This document shows positions 28,386-43,113 of a stretch of 64,000 nucleotides of DNA, piece by piece; positions within the stretch are counted from its first letter, which is position 1, and the number at the start of each line of letters is the position of its first letter. The DNA is from the human T2T-CHM13v2.0 reference genome, Homo sapiens. The stretch lies in assembly GCF_009914755.1 (NCBI RefSeq), contig NC_060940.1; one strand, written 5' to 3'. Made by a program: the position numbers and the translations under genes. Below the pieces are notes generated by a model. The model saw only the letters and a program-made list of their open reading frames with translations. It was not told the DNA's origin and made no database searches.

Positions 28386-29344
28386 TTTTTACAGAAAAAG
28401 TTTGCCACCCTCTGATCTACATGATGTCCTTCAGTTTCTGTCTCTCACCAGACTGATGGTGCCATGAGGGCAGGGGCAACTCCTATCCTAAGGCGTGGCC
28501 CATAGTAAGGGGTATTGGTTAGAAGAATGAAAGATTGAATACATCAAAGTGATGAGTACAGAGCTGTCTGTCATTTTCTTATCTTTGGCCTAACAACTGA
28601 ACACATTTTATGAAATTTGCAAATCTGTTTCCAAACATGTTTGAATGGATTTTTATGGTCTTTTAATTAACCCAATAAAAATGGTAACAACACAGCAATT
28701 TTAAGAAAATAACAGAGCCAAGTATTTTTTATAGCTATGCATGCAATCCACATTACACCCACATGCAGTATTTCTATGGTCCAAATAAGTATCTGTCGGA
28801 CTTAGAATATTTAAATTAGGATTTAGTTGAAAGATTATGTTCTATATCTTTTTTTTTAAAAAAAAAGGAAGAAAAATAAAGCTCTTCCTAAATTTATTTA
28901 CATGTTGGAGCAATTCTGGCACTGCTAAATAAGGCAGGAAATTCCATTAAGTTTAAATGTGCTGCCCTTACCCTAAAGTGTTTGGAGGGCTTCGTAGAAG
29001 AGCCAAATAGATTCACACAGATCTTATTTGTAGAGCTGAATGTGCACTTCATTAAAATACTTTGTAAGGTATTCAAGGATGGGCTAGGAGGGTGAGGATT
29101 CCAAATCAGAATCTTCAAGCCAGTGATCCAGGCCAAAGGTATTCTGCCAGAGTGTGAGGAAATTTCACAGCCTCATGGAGACACCTCCCCTCCCCACCCT
29201 TGTTGAACAGACTCTGGAAAAGTCACCATTTCTTGTTGGTCCTTTGCTCTTGGAGCATTCTTGGCCTGACCTGTCAACCACTTTAGCCTCCAAGGTATCT
29301 GAGCCTTTCTTTCGCCTCTCTACTTAGATCATATTCTTCCTGGA

Positions 29345-29560
29345 TTTTGGAATCAGGCTGGGACACAAGCCACCTCCTCCTCCATTCTAGCTGTGTGGCT
29401 CCAGGCAAGTGGCCACACCTCTTTGAGCCACTAGTTAACTCAGCTGCCAAACAGGGATTATACATTTACCTCTTGGTGTTGCAAGAATTAACAAGGAGGA
29501 TATTTGTAAATCTCCCTGGGAGCTGGATGGTGCTTAATAAGCAGGCATTAAGGGTTGATT
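29345..29560 (+). mobile_element. MIR
   Basis: ttttggaatcagg...ctagctgtgtggctccaggcaagtggccacacctctttgagcc. Confidence 0.6.
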
Positions 29561-29926
29561 ATCTTTGCACTCTCTCCTGCCAGATTTTGTAACTGAGTCC
29601 AGGCATCTTTAGAAACAGAAATGGTCCCTGCTCTTCTGTATCCCCTGGGATAACCTAGCATCATTTCGCTGGGTTACACATCCTCTCTTCTCTCCTGTAT
29701 GTCGTCCCTCTTTCTTACGGTGGTTCTAAGCTCTATGGATCACTTGTCTTCTCCTCTGAGCGGGAACTGGGCAATTGGAGGTTCTTTCCCCTCCCGTGCT
29801 GGTGGGAGAATTGTTTAGTAGGTCATAAAGTGGAATCTCCATTCCAGTCTGATCTGGTCAATTCTGGTAGGACTTCATCCAAGCACAAAGAAACCTTTGT
29901 TTTCATTCAAGACTTCCCTAAAAGGT

Positions 29927-30243
29927 GGCTGGGTGCGGTGCCTCAGGCCTGTAATCCCAGCACTTTGAGAGGCCGAGGCTGGCAGATCACGAGGTCAGGA
30001 GTTCCAGACCAGACTGGCCAACATGGTGAAACCCTGTCTCTACTAAAAATACAAAAATTAGCCAGGTGTGTTGTCACGTGACTTTAATCCCAGCTGCTCA
30101 GGAGGCTGAGGCAGGAGAATTGCTTGAACCCTGGTAGGCAGAGGTTGCAGTGAGCCGATGTCATATCACTGCACTCTAGCCTGGGCGACAGAGTGAGACT
30201 CTGTCTCAGAAAAAACAAAAAAAAAAAAAAAAAAAAAAAAAAA
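29927..30243 (+). mobile_element. AluS
   Basis: Full dimer with long A tail. Confidence 0.95.
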
Positions 30244-30944
30244 GGCTTTCCTGAAAGGTGATTCACAGGCCTCTTCGGATCCCTTCGTGTTTAGCAATTT
30301 GGATTTCCACACAGCCTTGCTGTGCCTTCTGCCCATTTGTCCTCTGCTGCTGGTCCCTGGGTGGGACAGCTCCCCTTTCTCCTTGTCTGGGTTGCTCAGA
30401 TAGAGCCATAAGGATTCTCCCTGCCTCAAGAGCTGACTTCCTTCCACGAGTTCCTAACCACCTGTCCAGTTGATTCTTCTCTGGACCTGCCTTGACATCT
30501 CTGTGCCAAGCCCAGTGCCGGGGTTGCAGATGCAGAGGCACTGGTGCATATTTCTTGAGTTGAAGAGCTTGCAACTGATGAGCCCCTTCCACTCAGAAAA
30601 ATGTTGTTCCTGGTCTTGCCACTGCCTGGAACCCACCAACACCTCTTTCCAATATTGCTGGCTTCTACTTGTTCTATAAGAGCCATGTTCTACAAGTTCT
30701 GTATTGTGTGTGAGTCCCTCTCAACAAAACAATTTCCCTAGTCATCTCTTATTTATACTCCTTGATGCAGATTTCCATTTTACTCTTACCTCATTCTATC
30801 ATAATTATCTATTTGTGTGTGTATGTATGTCCCCACTAGGCTGTGAGGTCTGTAAAAGGATAGTCTAAATACAGCTATCTATTGCAAATCTTATAATGTG
30901 ACTCCATGATGAGATAGTTGGATATAGCCTTATGTTCCCAGCAG

Positions 30945-31130
30945 GAAGGAAGAAAGGAAAGGAGGGAGGGAGGTAAGGGTGAGAGAGAGACAAGAAAGGA
31001 AAGGAGGAAGGAAGGACGGGAAGGAGGGAAGAAGAGAGTTTGGTCAACATTTGTTGATTGTGAATGAACAAACTAATGAACACTAAATGAACAAATGAAT
31101 GAATGAATGGACAAATGAATGAATGTATGA
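30945..31130. repeat. GA-rich tract plus (TGAA)n, probable L2 tail
   Basis: ggaaggaagaaagg...; tgaatgaatgaatgg. Confidence 0.75.
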
Positions 31131-31659
31131 GTGGGTCAAGAACAAGATTCGGCCCCAAGGAGATACGCGACTTTCTACTTTGTTTTCTATTTGGATTTCA
31201 CACAAAGGCTCTAAGGTCTCCTGGGAGGCCATGCTCAGAAGTCTGGGTTGTCCCCTGCCCAGGACAGGCTCACCCTGGCCTGTGTCCTAGGTATTGTGGG
31301 GCCGCTGTAGGAGGATGGTGGTTAAATCTTGGAGGAAATCCAGGAGTCTCATGTCCCCTTGGCTTCTGTCAGAACCAGTACCTCTCATTTATTTTGAGGT
31401 CTTGGCTGAAGATGTATCATCTACAACCCTGCAGATCAGATGTGTTAGAGCAGAGAGAGTGGCGAGGATTAATCTAGACTGAAATGTGCTAATCAAGCTG
31501 TCTCAGATGCCATTTTCTGGATAGGGAGGAACAGCAGTTGGCGAGTTTAAGAGCAATATGGAGGAACCACTGGGGATTCTATGCATGATCTTAGGGGAAG
31601 TAGCATTATTATCTCCAACACTGGCTGTTTACATTATCAGAATAAGAATGGTTCTCCAA

Positions 31660-31976
31660 GGCCAGGTGTGGTGGCTCACGCCTGTAATCCTAGCACTTTT
31701 GGAGGATGAGGTGGGTGGATCACCTGAAGTCAGGAGTTCAAGACCAGCCTGGCCAACATGGTGAAACCCTGTCTCTACTAAAATACAAAAATTAGCCGGA
31801 CATGATGGCAAGTGCCTGTAATCTCAGCTACTCAGGAGGCTGAGATGGGAGAATCGCTTGAACCCAGGAGATGGTGGTTGCAGTGAGCCAAGATCGCACC
31901 ACTGGACTCCGGCCTGGGTGGCTGAGAAAGACTCAGTCTTAAAAAACAAACAAACAAACAAACAAACAAACAAAAA
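31660..31976 (+). mobile_element. AluSx-like with (CAAA)n tail, inserted in a MER5A end
   Basis: Full dimer; tctccaa repeated on both flanks. Confidence 0.94.
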
Positions 31977-31979
31977 CTT

Positions 31980-32165
31980 GTCTCCAAATGAGCAGACACC
32001 AGAATCTCATGGAGGGATTTTTCGAACACGTAGCACAGGGCTTCGCCCCCAGCATTTTTATTTTCGAACTTCTGGAGTGCAGCCCAAAGATCTGCATTTC
32101 TAGCAAGTTCCCAGATGATGTTGATGATGATGCCTGTTTGGGTATCACATTAGATGAAGGGCTTT
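31980..32165. mobile_element. MER5A-like MITE
   Basis: atctgcatttctagcaagttcccagatgatg; left end tggttctccaa lies before the Alu. Confidence 0.7.
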
Positions 32166-34094
32166 GCTAATTTCAGCTGCAGAGTATTGACTCATGGGGT
32201 AGGATTCCTGCCATCTGCAGCTTCTTTGGGTCATCACTAGGGTAGAATCTTATTTTCTGAGTATGAAAAGCATCAAAGTTATTTTAGTAAAATGCTTTTG
32301 CTGTCATTGCTTTAAAACTAGCTCTTCGAAGTGGGAAAACCAAAAGTTTTATTGAAGCAATTTGTTGTAAATATGAGTTCTGTATCACATTTGGGAAATT
32401 TGTAAAGCCTTACTTTGAATGTCTTTTTCTTCACTCTATCTGTATTGTTTGGTGCTTTCTATATAAATTTATAAATTGGATGTACCGCCACAGATGTCGG
32501 TTTTCTGGTAATAATACTTTTTTACATTAAAAAAAACTCCTGAAATGAAAATGTAACTTAGTCTTATTATTGTAATCTCCCCTTGCCTTTTTGCATGGAT
32601 CATTTGTTTGTGAACTGGTTATTTCAGGAAGGGCTCAAAGGTAATTTCATGGTTTATAGCATTTATATTGGCGCCTTCGATGAGCAAAACATATTGTTTT
32701 CTAATACATGAAACCAGGAATTCATATATATATGTATATATATTATTATTATTATTTTCATTTTCTAAAATTACATGTAGTACATGTATATCAACTTCAA
32801 GACATTGAGAACAACCATGTACAGAAATTATACTCTGTACACAGGGGAAATATGAAAGTTTTGTAATGCAAAAAAATAAAAAAAAATCAACATTTGCAAG
32901 CTTATGAGATGATTTTATTTTTAATGAATCCAAATGGTAGCAGGGAGCTGCTGTTGTGTTTGTGCATTGTACAGCAATTCATATCTAAAAATAAAGTAAC
33001 ATATGGCTTTGTTATTATTTAGTTTAGGAATTGATGCACCTAAAGGAGTTTTGAGAGCTCTGGGTCTCGTTCGGTTGTTGTACATGGCAACCAAATAAGA
33101 GTAGCTGGAGCAGAGACTTTCTCTTCTTCAGATTATTAAGATTTGAGCAATTCATTTTTTTTGGATGGTGTTTATTAAAGTCAAGAAATCTTTTGCTTAT
33201 TTGCTAATGATTCTCTCCCCTTTCTCTTCTTATATTTTTGAAGGCTGAATTGGTAAAATTATCTGGCCCAATAAAAATATGTCCTGGGTTGGAAAAGAGC
33301 ACAAGTTTCTTTTTCTAGCCCTGGAGTGAGGTGGCTCTCTGGCCTCTGGGTTCGTTTGGTGTCCTGGGGAGTCATTGACACCCACACACTCCTAGTCACA
33401 AGACCTTTCCCTCCCATCCAGATTGTGTTTATTTTACGGCTCTCGCACGGAGCATGCAGCTGTGTAAACCTGAGAATGGTTTCTGCACAGCTTTGATCTT
33501 TGCATGGATCAACAGTTGCCCTTAGTCCCTGAACCCTGTTCCATGGCCCCATATTTCTTGGATTTTTCCATTTTCTAGTAATTATGGCATCATGTAGGGA
33601 GCCTTCCAACAGCATCCCCCACAGCTTTGGGTGGAGAATTTGGAAAAAATGCCTTAAGTCTGCCATTTGTAGAACCATATTAAGTAGTGATTTCCATTTG
33701 ATGCCAAAAAAATATGCCATTTAGTTTCTTCCTAAGAGGCAATCTGACAATTTCGAGTAGACTGCTGGAGTCTGACAAATTTGAATGTATTATGGACTGA
33801 ATAAATGTTTATTGAACAAATGCCATTTTTTTAACTCTTAAAATGTTCAGTTCTTCCACCAAACATAGATGACACAACTGTTGGAGATGGAGCACCGGAC
33901 TGATGCAGTGTAGCATTATTTTGTAATCTACGAACTGGGAGCCTATGGAGACCTATGCATGGTGGAATACAAAAGTCATGACCTGTCTTTATATCCTAGT
34001 ATGGGCAATAAAACCCTCCCTTTAATAGCCTTAAACATGGTACAAGGAAACTGTGCAGGAGTTCCAGGGAAGGTGCCATTTTTCCATATGGAGT

Positions 34095-34467
34095 TGATAT
34101 GGTCTGACTGTGTGTCCCCACCCAAATCTCATCTTGAATTCTAATTGTAATCCCCATGTGCTAGGGGGAGGGACCTCGTGGGAGGTGATTGAATCATGGA
34201 GACCGTTCCCCCGTGCTGTGAGTGAGTTCTCATGAGATCTGATGGTTTTGTGCGGGGCTTTTCCCCACTTTGCTCTGTACTTGTCTGTTTCTTCTCCTTC
34301 TTGCCACCAGGTGAGGAAGGACATATTTGCTTCTCCTTCCATCATGAATGTAAGTTTTCTGAGGCCTCTGCAGCCCTGTAGAACTGTGAATCAATTAAAC
34401 CTCTTTCCTTTATAAACCACCCAGTCTTGGGTATTTCTTCTTAGCAGCATGAGAAGGGACTAATACA
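34095..34467 (+). mobile_element. THE1 (C/D-like) solo LTR
   Basis: tgatatggt...gactaataca; TSD GGAGT/GGGGT. Confidence 0.9.
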
Positions 34468-34735
34468 GGGGTGATCACAAACAGCCTGCAGACTGGGCCA
34501 TCGTTCTTAGGCAGGATCTCGAGCTAGGAGATGAGAAGAGCTCTATAGGCAAAAAGAATGACTTGGAAGGCCACATATGGCAGAGTAGCTAAGACTTTGG
34601 GGTTTCCAGTTTCAGATAGACATGGGTTTGTATCCTGGCTCTGCCCCTCAATGCCTGTGTGATCCTGGGTAGTTTGCTTAATCCTTATGAGTCCCGGTTT
34701 TCTCCTGTAAATTGGGATTAATAATAGTCACAGCT

Positions 34736-35033
<298 letters not shown>

Positions 35034-35263
35034 TTATGTCCTTCTAGATTGTGAGGATTAAGCAAGACCATGCATTTACATTGTTTAACACTGTCCCTGA
35101 GACATAGTAAGGCCTCAGTAACTGTTAGCTCTCTTATTGCTACCGGACAAGTGTTCTTATTTTCCCTTTTCTTCTTCCTTTTCCTGTTCCTTGCCCTTCC
35201 TCTTTCGATGAAAGTTTACGCCAAAAAGGATGAGCTGGGTTGCAGCCAGCATTCTGGTTTCAC

Positions 35264-35523
35264 AGGAGCCTAGGAGATACATGGAGAATATTCTGAGGCT
35301 AGGTTAAATAGTTTGTCTCCAGTGTGGGTGTTAGTCATATTCTTATCAGTATCTGAAGAACCCAGAAGACTGACTCTCAGAACGGAAAACTCTTGGCTAG
35401 AGGATTCCGAAAGCTAGCGTGAAGTGGAGGCTATTACTCAGTGGGTGCCGTAACATGTCTGTGTCACCTGGCACCTTTTTATTCTGTAATCTCAGGAGTG
35501 AGTGCTTCCTCCTGCCGTGCCTG
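35264..35523 (+). repeat. Copy 1 of a 260-bp local direct duplication
   Basis: aggagcctaggagatacatggag...cctcctgccgtgcctg recurs at 36444-36703. Confidence 0.95.
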
Positions 35524-35723
35524 GCCACTTCTCACCTTCAGAGTCTTTGGTATGCATAAATTCTTCATCACTTCAGTAGAGTGAACCTTGATTACCTACA
35601 TTTATTAATGAAAACAACCAAGAATAGTTGAGCCCAAAAGTACAAATCAATGTGCTGAATCAGTTTATGATGTCTCCCTAATTTCTGCACATCTGTTGAG
35701 CTGTGATTTCAAATTCCATTCCA

Positions 35724-35756
<33 letters not shown>

Positions 35757-36051
35757 GGAGACAGTGTCTTGCTCTGTCACCCAGCCTGGAGTGCAGTGGC
35801 GAGATTGGCAAGATCGTAGCTCACTGCAGCCTCCACTTCCTAAGCTCAAGTGATCCTCCCACCTCAGCCTCCCAAGTAGCTGGGACTACAAGGTTGTGCC
35901 ACCATGCCCGCCTAATTTTTTGTATATTTAGTAGAGATGGGGTTTTGCCATGTTGCCCAGGCTGTTCTCGAACTCCTGGGCTCAAGTGTTGTGCCCTGTT
36001 TGGCCTCCCAAAGTGCTGGGATTACAGGTGTCAGTTACCGCACTGGCCTGG
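35724..36051 (-). mobile_element. AluJ
   Basis: Antisense dimer with ctcaagtgatcctcccacc. Confidence 0.92.
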
Positions 36052-36443
36052 AAATCCTATTTCTTGTCAAGCAGGACATCAAAGTTGAGATCTAAGAATT
36101 TGGACTAAAATTTGGGGCAGGTTGTTTCCACTACTGTGTATTGAGAGATGGCAGGGACCATCTTGCCGAGTCCAAGAGATTGTGAAGTCTAAAAGGCTTG
36201 GCCGCAGTGTTGGTTCATCTGTAACAGCTGCCTACAAGGGAATCTTTGAGAAATACAGATTGCTGCATCTTATAAGAAGGACAGTGCTTAAAACAGAAAG
36301 AATTGAGTAGAAATTAAGACATAGCTTGATTTTTTTCCAACAGAATCATGAAGTCTGTTCAATTTTCTTTTTAAAAAGTAATTTAATCTTCTAGAAGATA
36401 TCTACGTTTATTCAATAATTTCCTAAGGTAGTCTTCAAAACCT

Positions 36444-36703
36444 AGGAGCCTAGGAGATACATGGAGAATATTCTGAGGCTAGGTTAAATAGTTTGTCTCC
36501 AATATGGGTGTTAGTCATATTGTCATCCGTATCTGAAGAACCCAGAAGAGTGACCCTCGGAAAGGAAAATTCTTGGCTAGAGGATTCCGAAAGCTAGCGT
36601 GAAGTGGAGGCCGTTACTCAGTGGGTGCCATAACATGTCTGTGTCACCTGCCACCTTTTTATTCTCTAATCTCAGGAGTGAGTGATTCCTCCTGCCATGC
36701 CTG
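36444..36703 (+). repeat. Copy 2 of the 260-bp duplication, followed by a CT-rich tract to about 36797
   Basis: Colinear with copy 1 at offset 1180, with scattered substitutions. Confidence 0.95.
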
Positions 36704-37129
36704 TCCTCCCTCCCTCCCTCCTTCCCTCTCCCCTCTCCCTTCTCCCCTCTTCTCTTTCCCCTGTCTCCTTCTCTCCCTCCCTTCCCTCTCTTCCTTTCGC
36801 ATCTGACATCTCCAAATAGTTTTTCATGCAATGGCATTACTAATGGCTTGACTTTTTCGGGAAATGATTCATTACTTTATGATTTCAATTCAGTAACCAT
36901 TTTCAGCTATGCCATAAATTTAAATCCTTTACCATCAAGATAACGTTTTTTTCTCCTGTCACTGAAATATTATGATTGGAAACTATTTTTAAAAGTTGAC
37001 TCTGTTTGGGACAGCTCTTAGGGATTTGTCCTTTATACCAGCATATAACTTGTAGGTTGTCAGTGTCTCCAGGGGCCATATGTTCACCACCTAGACTCAA
37101 CAGTTGCTAATGTTTTGCCATGTTTTGTC

Positions 37130-37272
37130 AGTTCATCTATCTGTCCATCTCTTTGTCCATCCATCCAACTACCCACTTACCCATCCATCCATACGTTTAT
37201 CCATCCATCTACCCACCCATCCGTCCATCCATCCATCCATGCATCCATCCATCCATCCATCATCCATCCATG
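37130..37272. repeat. (TCCA)n degenerate microsatellite within an old L1M relic
   Basis: ccatccatccatcc runs. Confidence 0.9.
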
Positions 37273-38170
37273 CATGTAAGTTGCAGACATCAACAAACTT
37301 TACCCTTAAGGACTTTGGCTGGCATCTCCTAAAACTAAAGGCATTGCTGTACGTAATCACAACTATCATCATTATCATGTCTATGAAATTGGTAATAATT
37401 TGCTAACATAAAATAATACCTAGTCCATAACAAGATTTACTGAATTATTCACAAATTGTCTTTTATAGCTTTTTGTTTTCAATCAGGCTGTAAAGTTCAC
37501 ACATTACATTTGGTATTGTATCTTATTAGTCTGTTTATTAAAGAGTTTTTTTCAGGGATCAGGGTTAGAGGGAAGGCTCCTTTCTGGATACTGTGTATAC
37601 TACTAATTTTCTTTATCGGCTACCAAGGTTTTCTTTATTTTTTTCATACTTTTCTTTCATTGAGGAAACTTATTGTTTTGTACATTTTGTTGTACCTTTA
37701 TGAATCTGGTTTTGACTTCTGGCCCAGCTAAGAAGCTGGTTTCCTTTGGTGAAACATGGGAGAAGAGGGAGGAAAAATCTGTTAATTAGAATTGTGGGCG
37801 TGCACTCTGTTTATCTCTAACAGAATAGGCTTCCCACGGCTCTGAGCTGGAAAGGAAGATTCAAGTCTCAGGTTAAAAAACAAACCCTCCAAGACCTCAG
37901 GGCTGTTTGCCTGTGATTAGAGTCTAAGAAAGACTGAGAATTGGAAATCAGGACTGTCTCTGGTCACTGATGGTTCAACTACAGCACAGATGCACTGGGT
38001 AACAGACACACCGCCAGGCCTCAGGATTACGTTACCTAGGGTTAGGACTGAGCCTTTCTTCCACCTTCTTGGGGTTGGAGGGCAGGAATTTAACATATCT
38101 TAGATCACAGAGTAAGGCCTCTTCTACCCATAAGTTTGGTTTATACATCAAAGTAACATTCTAAAATTAG

Positions 38171-38482
<312 letters not shown>

Positions 38483-39699
38483 TAGATGAGGTTTGTAGAT
38501 GTGTTTTTCATATTCCCAAAGCCATGAAATTTGACAGGTAAATATATCAGTTATAAAAGTTTTAGCATTAATTATCAACTAACTCCCAGAAGTTGCCTCA
38601 GCCTCTCTTTTTCAGCCTTGTCTTGCCCCAGCCCAGAGACAAGCCACAGCTATAGGTTTTATTTCTGAAGGAGAAAACTCAGTGGACCATTCCACTGCCT
38701 CAGGAGATATTGCCTACCTGCAGACATGTTTTGTCTTATCCACACATGATGTAAAAACAAAATAAAAATGCTGAGAGAAATGCCAATTCAGAGGTTTCAT
38801 ATAAAAATATAGCTTTCCCATTAGACTTGAAAATTGGAAGAGGAGGTAACAATTGGCCAGTGCTGAGTAGAGGGCATGTGGTCTCTACTTTGCCACAATC
38901 TCCACCATACCTTATTGTCTCCCTTCTCAGTCGAAGCAGCTTTACACACTCCTGCTACTTGCCAAGACACTGTACACATTTAAGTTTGCTACCTGTTACT
39001 TGGCATATCTCTTGGTTCCTAAGAGTTTTAGGTATTATGCAATTTGCCAGCTCCCTCAGCCCCTTTCCTGGCTCCAAACCTTTGGCTTTGGTTTGATGTT
39101 ACTGGGTTGCTGCAGGAAATTTCCCTGTGGACCTCACTACTTTATCAACTGTAATGGTCTTGTTGAAGACAAGGCTTAGAACATCATCAGACCCAGAGCC
39201 TTTCTCAGAGGACCTGGGAGAACTCTCCATATGGATTTTCATTTGGGAAGATAGATGCTCTTATTGGAACAGCTGGTTTTCCCTTTAAAACAGGGAGTCC
39301 AGCAGCTTCTAGGATGCTTAGAATCAGAATTGTTGCTCACTTTTTAAGGTATAGAGTAGTTGTCTTATTCTTAACTACATTTTATATCTTTGCCCTTTTT
39401 TCCCCTACTTTAAATAAAATCTATCTCTAATTTATGTTACTTAAGCAATGACAAATTCTTTTTCTGATAGACAAAGTAAAGTATAAATAAATAAGACATC
39501 CAAGTAATAATCAGAAGTATTTTTTATGTTGGTCTCATTGTGGTCTTTTTAATCCCAGGCCTGATGCGCTTTAGGTACCAGCCTTGGTTGAAGAGGAGCT
39601 TGAACAGCCTACACAGACATGAAACTTGAGCAACTGAGCTCATGGACGTTGCTTTTAATCAGGATCCAGAACTAGGGAGTTGAGTGAGCTTGGATTTGA

Positions 39700-40065
<366 letters not shown>

Positions 40066-42829
40066 AGACCCGTGCTCTTTCTCCCACCACTGCCCTGTGC
40101 CAACCACCACCCCCACTCCTATTCTGGAAAGAGCCAAGCCGTCAGCTATTGCTTTTGAATCTATACGCAATTCTAGCAGCTTCTTTTAGAGCCCTTTTAA
40201 ATTAGCATGAAATAGTTTTACTAGCCCTGAGGTTTCAGCCAAGGAGCTTTAAAGGAGCCAGCCCTTTGTTTACTTATTTTTCCTCTTCTGAACATTTGGA
40301 AACATAGCTTCGGTGCTCCTTCTCCAAGAAACCTGAGTCATGACCTCCCCAAAGTGTTTCCTTCCCGTGGCCTCTTCTCCCGATCAGCTGTTTGTTATCT
40401 GAGGGATTCGTTAATAACCAGGACATCTGATTCTCATCATTGCTCATCCTCTGCTCACTCTCCTTTCTAATGCATAGGCCTTTAGCCTTTTACTTTCTAC
40501 CTTTTTGAATGCTATACTTTTTTGTAAAATTTTAATTAGGTTAATGCATTGACATTGTTCAACATTCAAACGATGGAAAGGGTGAGTGTGGAGGTTTGGT
40601 TTCCCCACTTTTTCCAGCCATGCTGTTGCCTTCTGCAGAGGCTTCTAGAATTTTCAGATGAATGAGAATCCTTTCAGAAATAGTCTCTGCAAACTCCAGC
40701 ACACCCATAGTGCTAGGGTGGGTCTTAGTAAAATGTCTGCAGGGTAAGCACACTGTTTTGCACTCCACACAATTCACTTCACAATATTTCATAGAGACTT
40801 TTTCATATTAATATATAAAGAGATATATACGTGTGCTGCTTCACGATAATCCATTGCAGAGCTGGTCTGTAATTTATTCAAGCATTCTTTGTTGATGGAT
40901 GTTAGGGTTGTATCCATTATTTTGCTATTATGAACAACACCATAATGGGCAACCTTGTACACATTTCCTGTCAACATGTATCACTGAATGGAAAGGATCT
41001 ATTCCTAGAAAGGATCCATTCCTAGAAGAGGAATTCTGTACAATATGGCCAACTTTCTCTCTGTTGAGGTTGAACCATTTGACACATTTCGCTAGCATTG
41101 GGAAAATCCCCATTTTCCTCACTATCCATTTTTCTTCCTCTCTTTCCTTCCTCTTTTCCCTTCTTCCTCTTTTTTTTTCTTTTCTTTCCTTCCCTTTTTC
41201 CTTTTCTTTCCTTCTTTCCTTGCCATTTAAAACATACTGATAACTTGGCAGCACAGGGCAGTGATTAAACTCAGGCACTCACCCCACCCTACCTGGGAAT
41301 CTGAATTCTGTCTTTTCTGCTGCTGTGGATTCTCAGTCCCCAAGTTGTGTAAATCAAAGCTTCTCCTGCCACACTAGTGTGTATTAGGCCAGGACTTCAT
41401 AGTGTGATTCAAATCACCAACTGAATTTTTTTTTCCTTTCCTTCCCCTTTCTGGGGGACTACGTTTTTCATGGAGACCGGGGCCCTCCAGCTGCTGTGAT
41501 GATCCTCCCTTGCCAGGGAGGTGCTGTTAATAGCAAATGCCAAGTGAGCTGGTGTTCTGTCCCTCCGGCCTCCTTGCTCACAATAGCCAGGAGGAAAAAG
41601 CCATGTAACCTCTGGATGAGTCCCTTGGCCATTTAGAAGTGAAATGAACATCCAAGAAGAAGCATAGACAATGTGGAGGAAGAACTCTTCCAAATGATGG
41701 CAGGGATATTTGGAATCTTTCCCCCTGAGTTCCCTCTGGAAGTTAAAGCCCAGATCCCGTGAACTGATTAAAAAGCCCCAGACCATTCCCGTTCCAGTCA
41801 TCTTGAAACTGAGCAAGACCGTGTCATCCATGGAGCTTGAACATAGGAGCACTTTAAAAAAAAAAAGAATGAAAAGCCCCTTTCTTGTTTTGGTAATGAT
41901 TTAATGACAGAAAGTCACCCACCCACCACTTGGGTACCACGCAGCCCACATTAAACAATTAGCCCTTGACAGTGGATAGTTCAAGTTAGTTTGAAATGAG
42001 AAATTGCCGGTGACCTGAAACCCATCATTATTAACCTTGTGGCACAACATTGCCATAACCAGTAGCCAACTCTCATTTTTTCTTTTTCTTTTTTTTGGTT
42101 GGAAGAAAGGCTCATTGAGGAAAGTTGGCTCAGTTCTTTTTTGAGTGAAGTGGTCAGACCACCAAGAATTACTTTCCTTTGATTGGGAACAGGTTCTAAT
42201 ACAGATGTCCTTTACATGGGCAATCCACTTTTCTCATTGATTCCACAATCAATTCGAGCTGTGTTTATATATAGACACCTGCCCACAGAGACCATGTGGA
42301 GAAGCATTTGCGTCTCGCTGCCTGTCTTCCAAAGGATTTGCCTTCTAGTAATTCATGTTTTTATAGCTTAACTACATTTATAGTGAACGGGTGGCTTCTT
42401 CATCCAAAGAAAGAACAAATGACAAAAAGAAAAATTTTGATGATTTGGGAACCGCATTTATGGAATAATAACATTCATGATACCTCTGGATAATGACAAT
42501 AATTACAGTATACGATTCTAGAAGGGTGAGTCTAGCTGTTCCCAGTGTGTTTCCATGGGTTGTTATGTGTTACTGGTCAGGCGATCAGGGATTTGCTGAA
42601 GATTTTCTTTCCCATGTGGCAGTAGATATTTCAGAACCCTGCATCATGGTGTCCACAGAAGTCCCCAGAGTTGTATGAGAGTTCATCTGGGCACCTTTCC
42701 CAAAGGCAGGCCCCCTGTGCAGCTTCAACTATTCACTCTATTTATAATGTTGTTCCTGGATATTGGGCTTGCTTCCACTTGTGGCCAGGAGAGGATATTT
42801 CTTACTCCAGATCAAAGAGTTGAGACATT

Positions 42830-43113
42830 GCCTTCCCACAATTCCCAGTGAGCCCAACTCCTTACCACAATTCCCACCCCATGCCTTCCCCAAATTCCTG
42901 ATGAGCCCTATGCCTTCCCACAATTCCCTGTAAATTTTGCTCCTTCCCACAACCCCAGTGAGCCCCACTCTGTCCCATAATTCCCTGTAAATCTCACTCC
43001 TTCCCACAATCCCCACTGAGTCGCATTCCTTCCCACAATTCCCTGTAAATCTCACTCCTTCCCACAATCCCCACTGAGCCCCACTCCTTCCCACAATTCC
43101 CAGTGAACCCCAC
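42830..43113. repeat. 29-bp minisatellite (about 10 units) with 58-bp higher-order alternation
   Basis: ttcccaca recurs with period 29 (42915/42944; 43001/43030/43059/43088). Confidence 0.92.
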
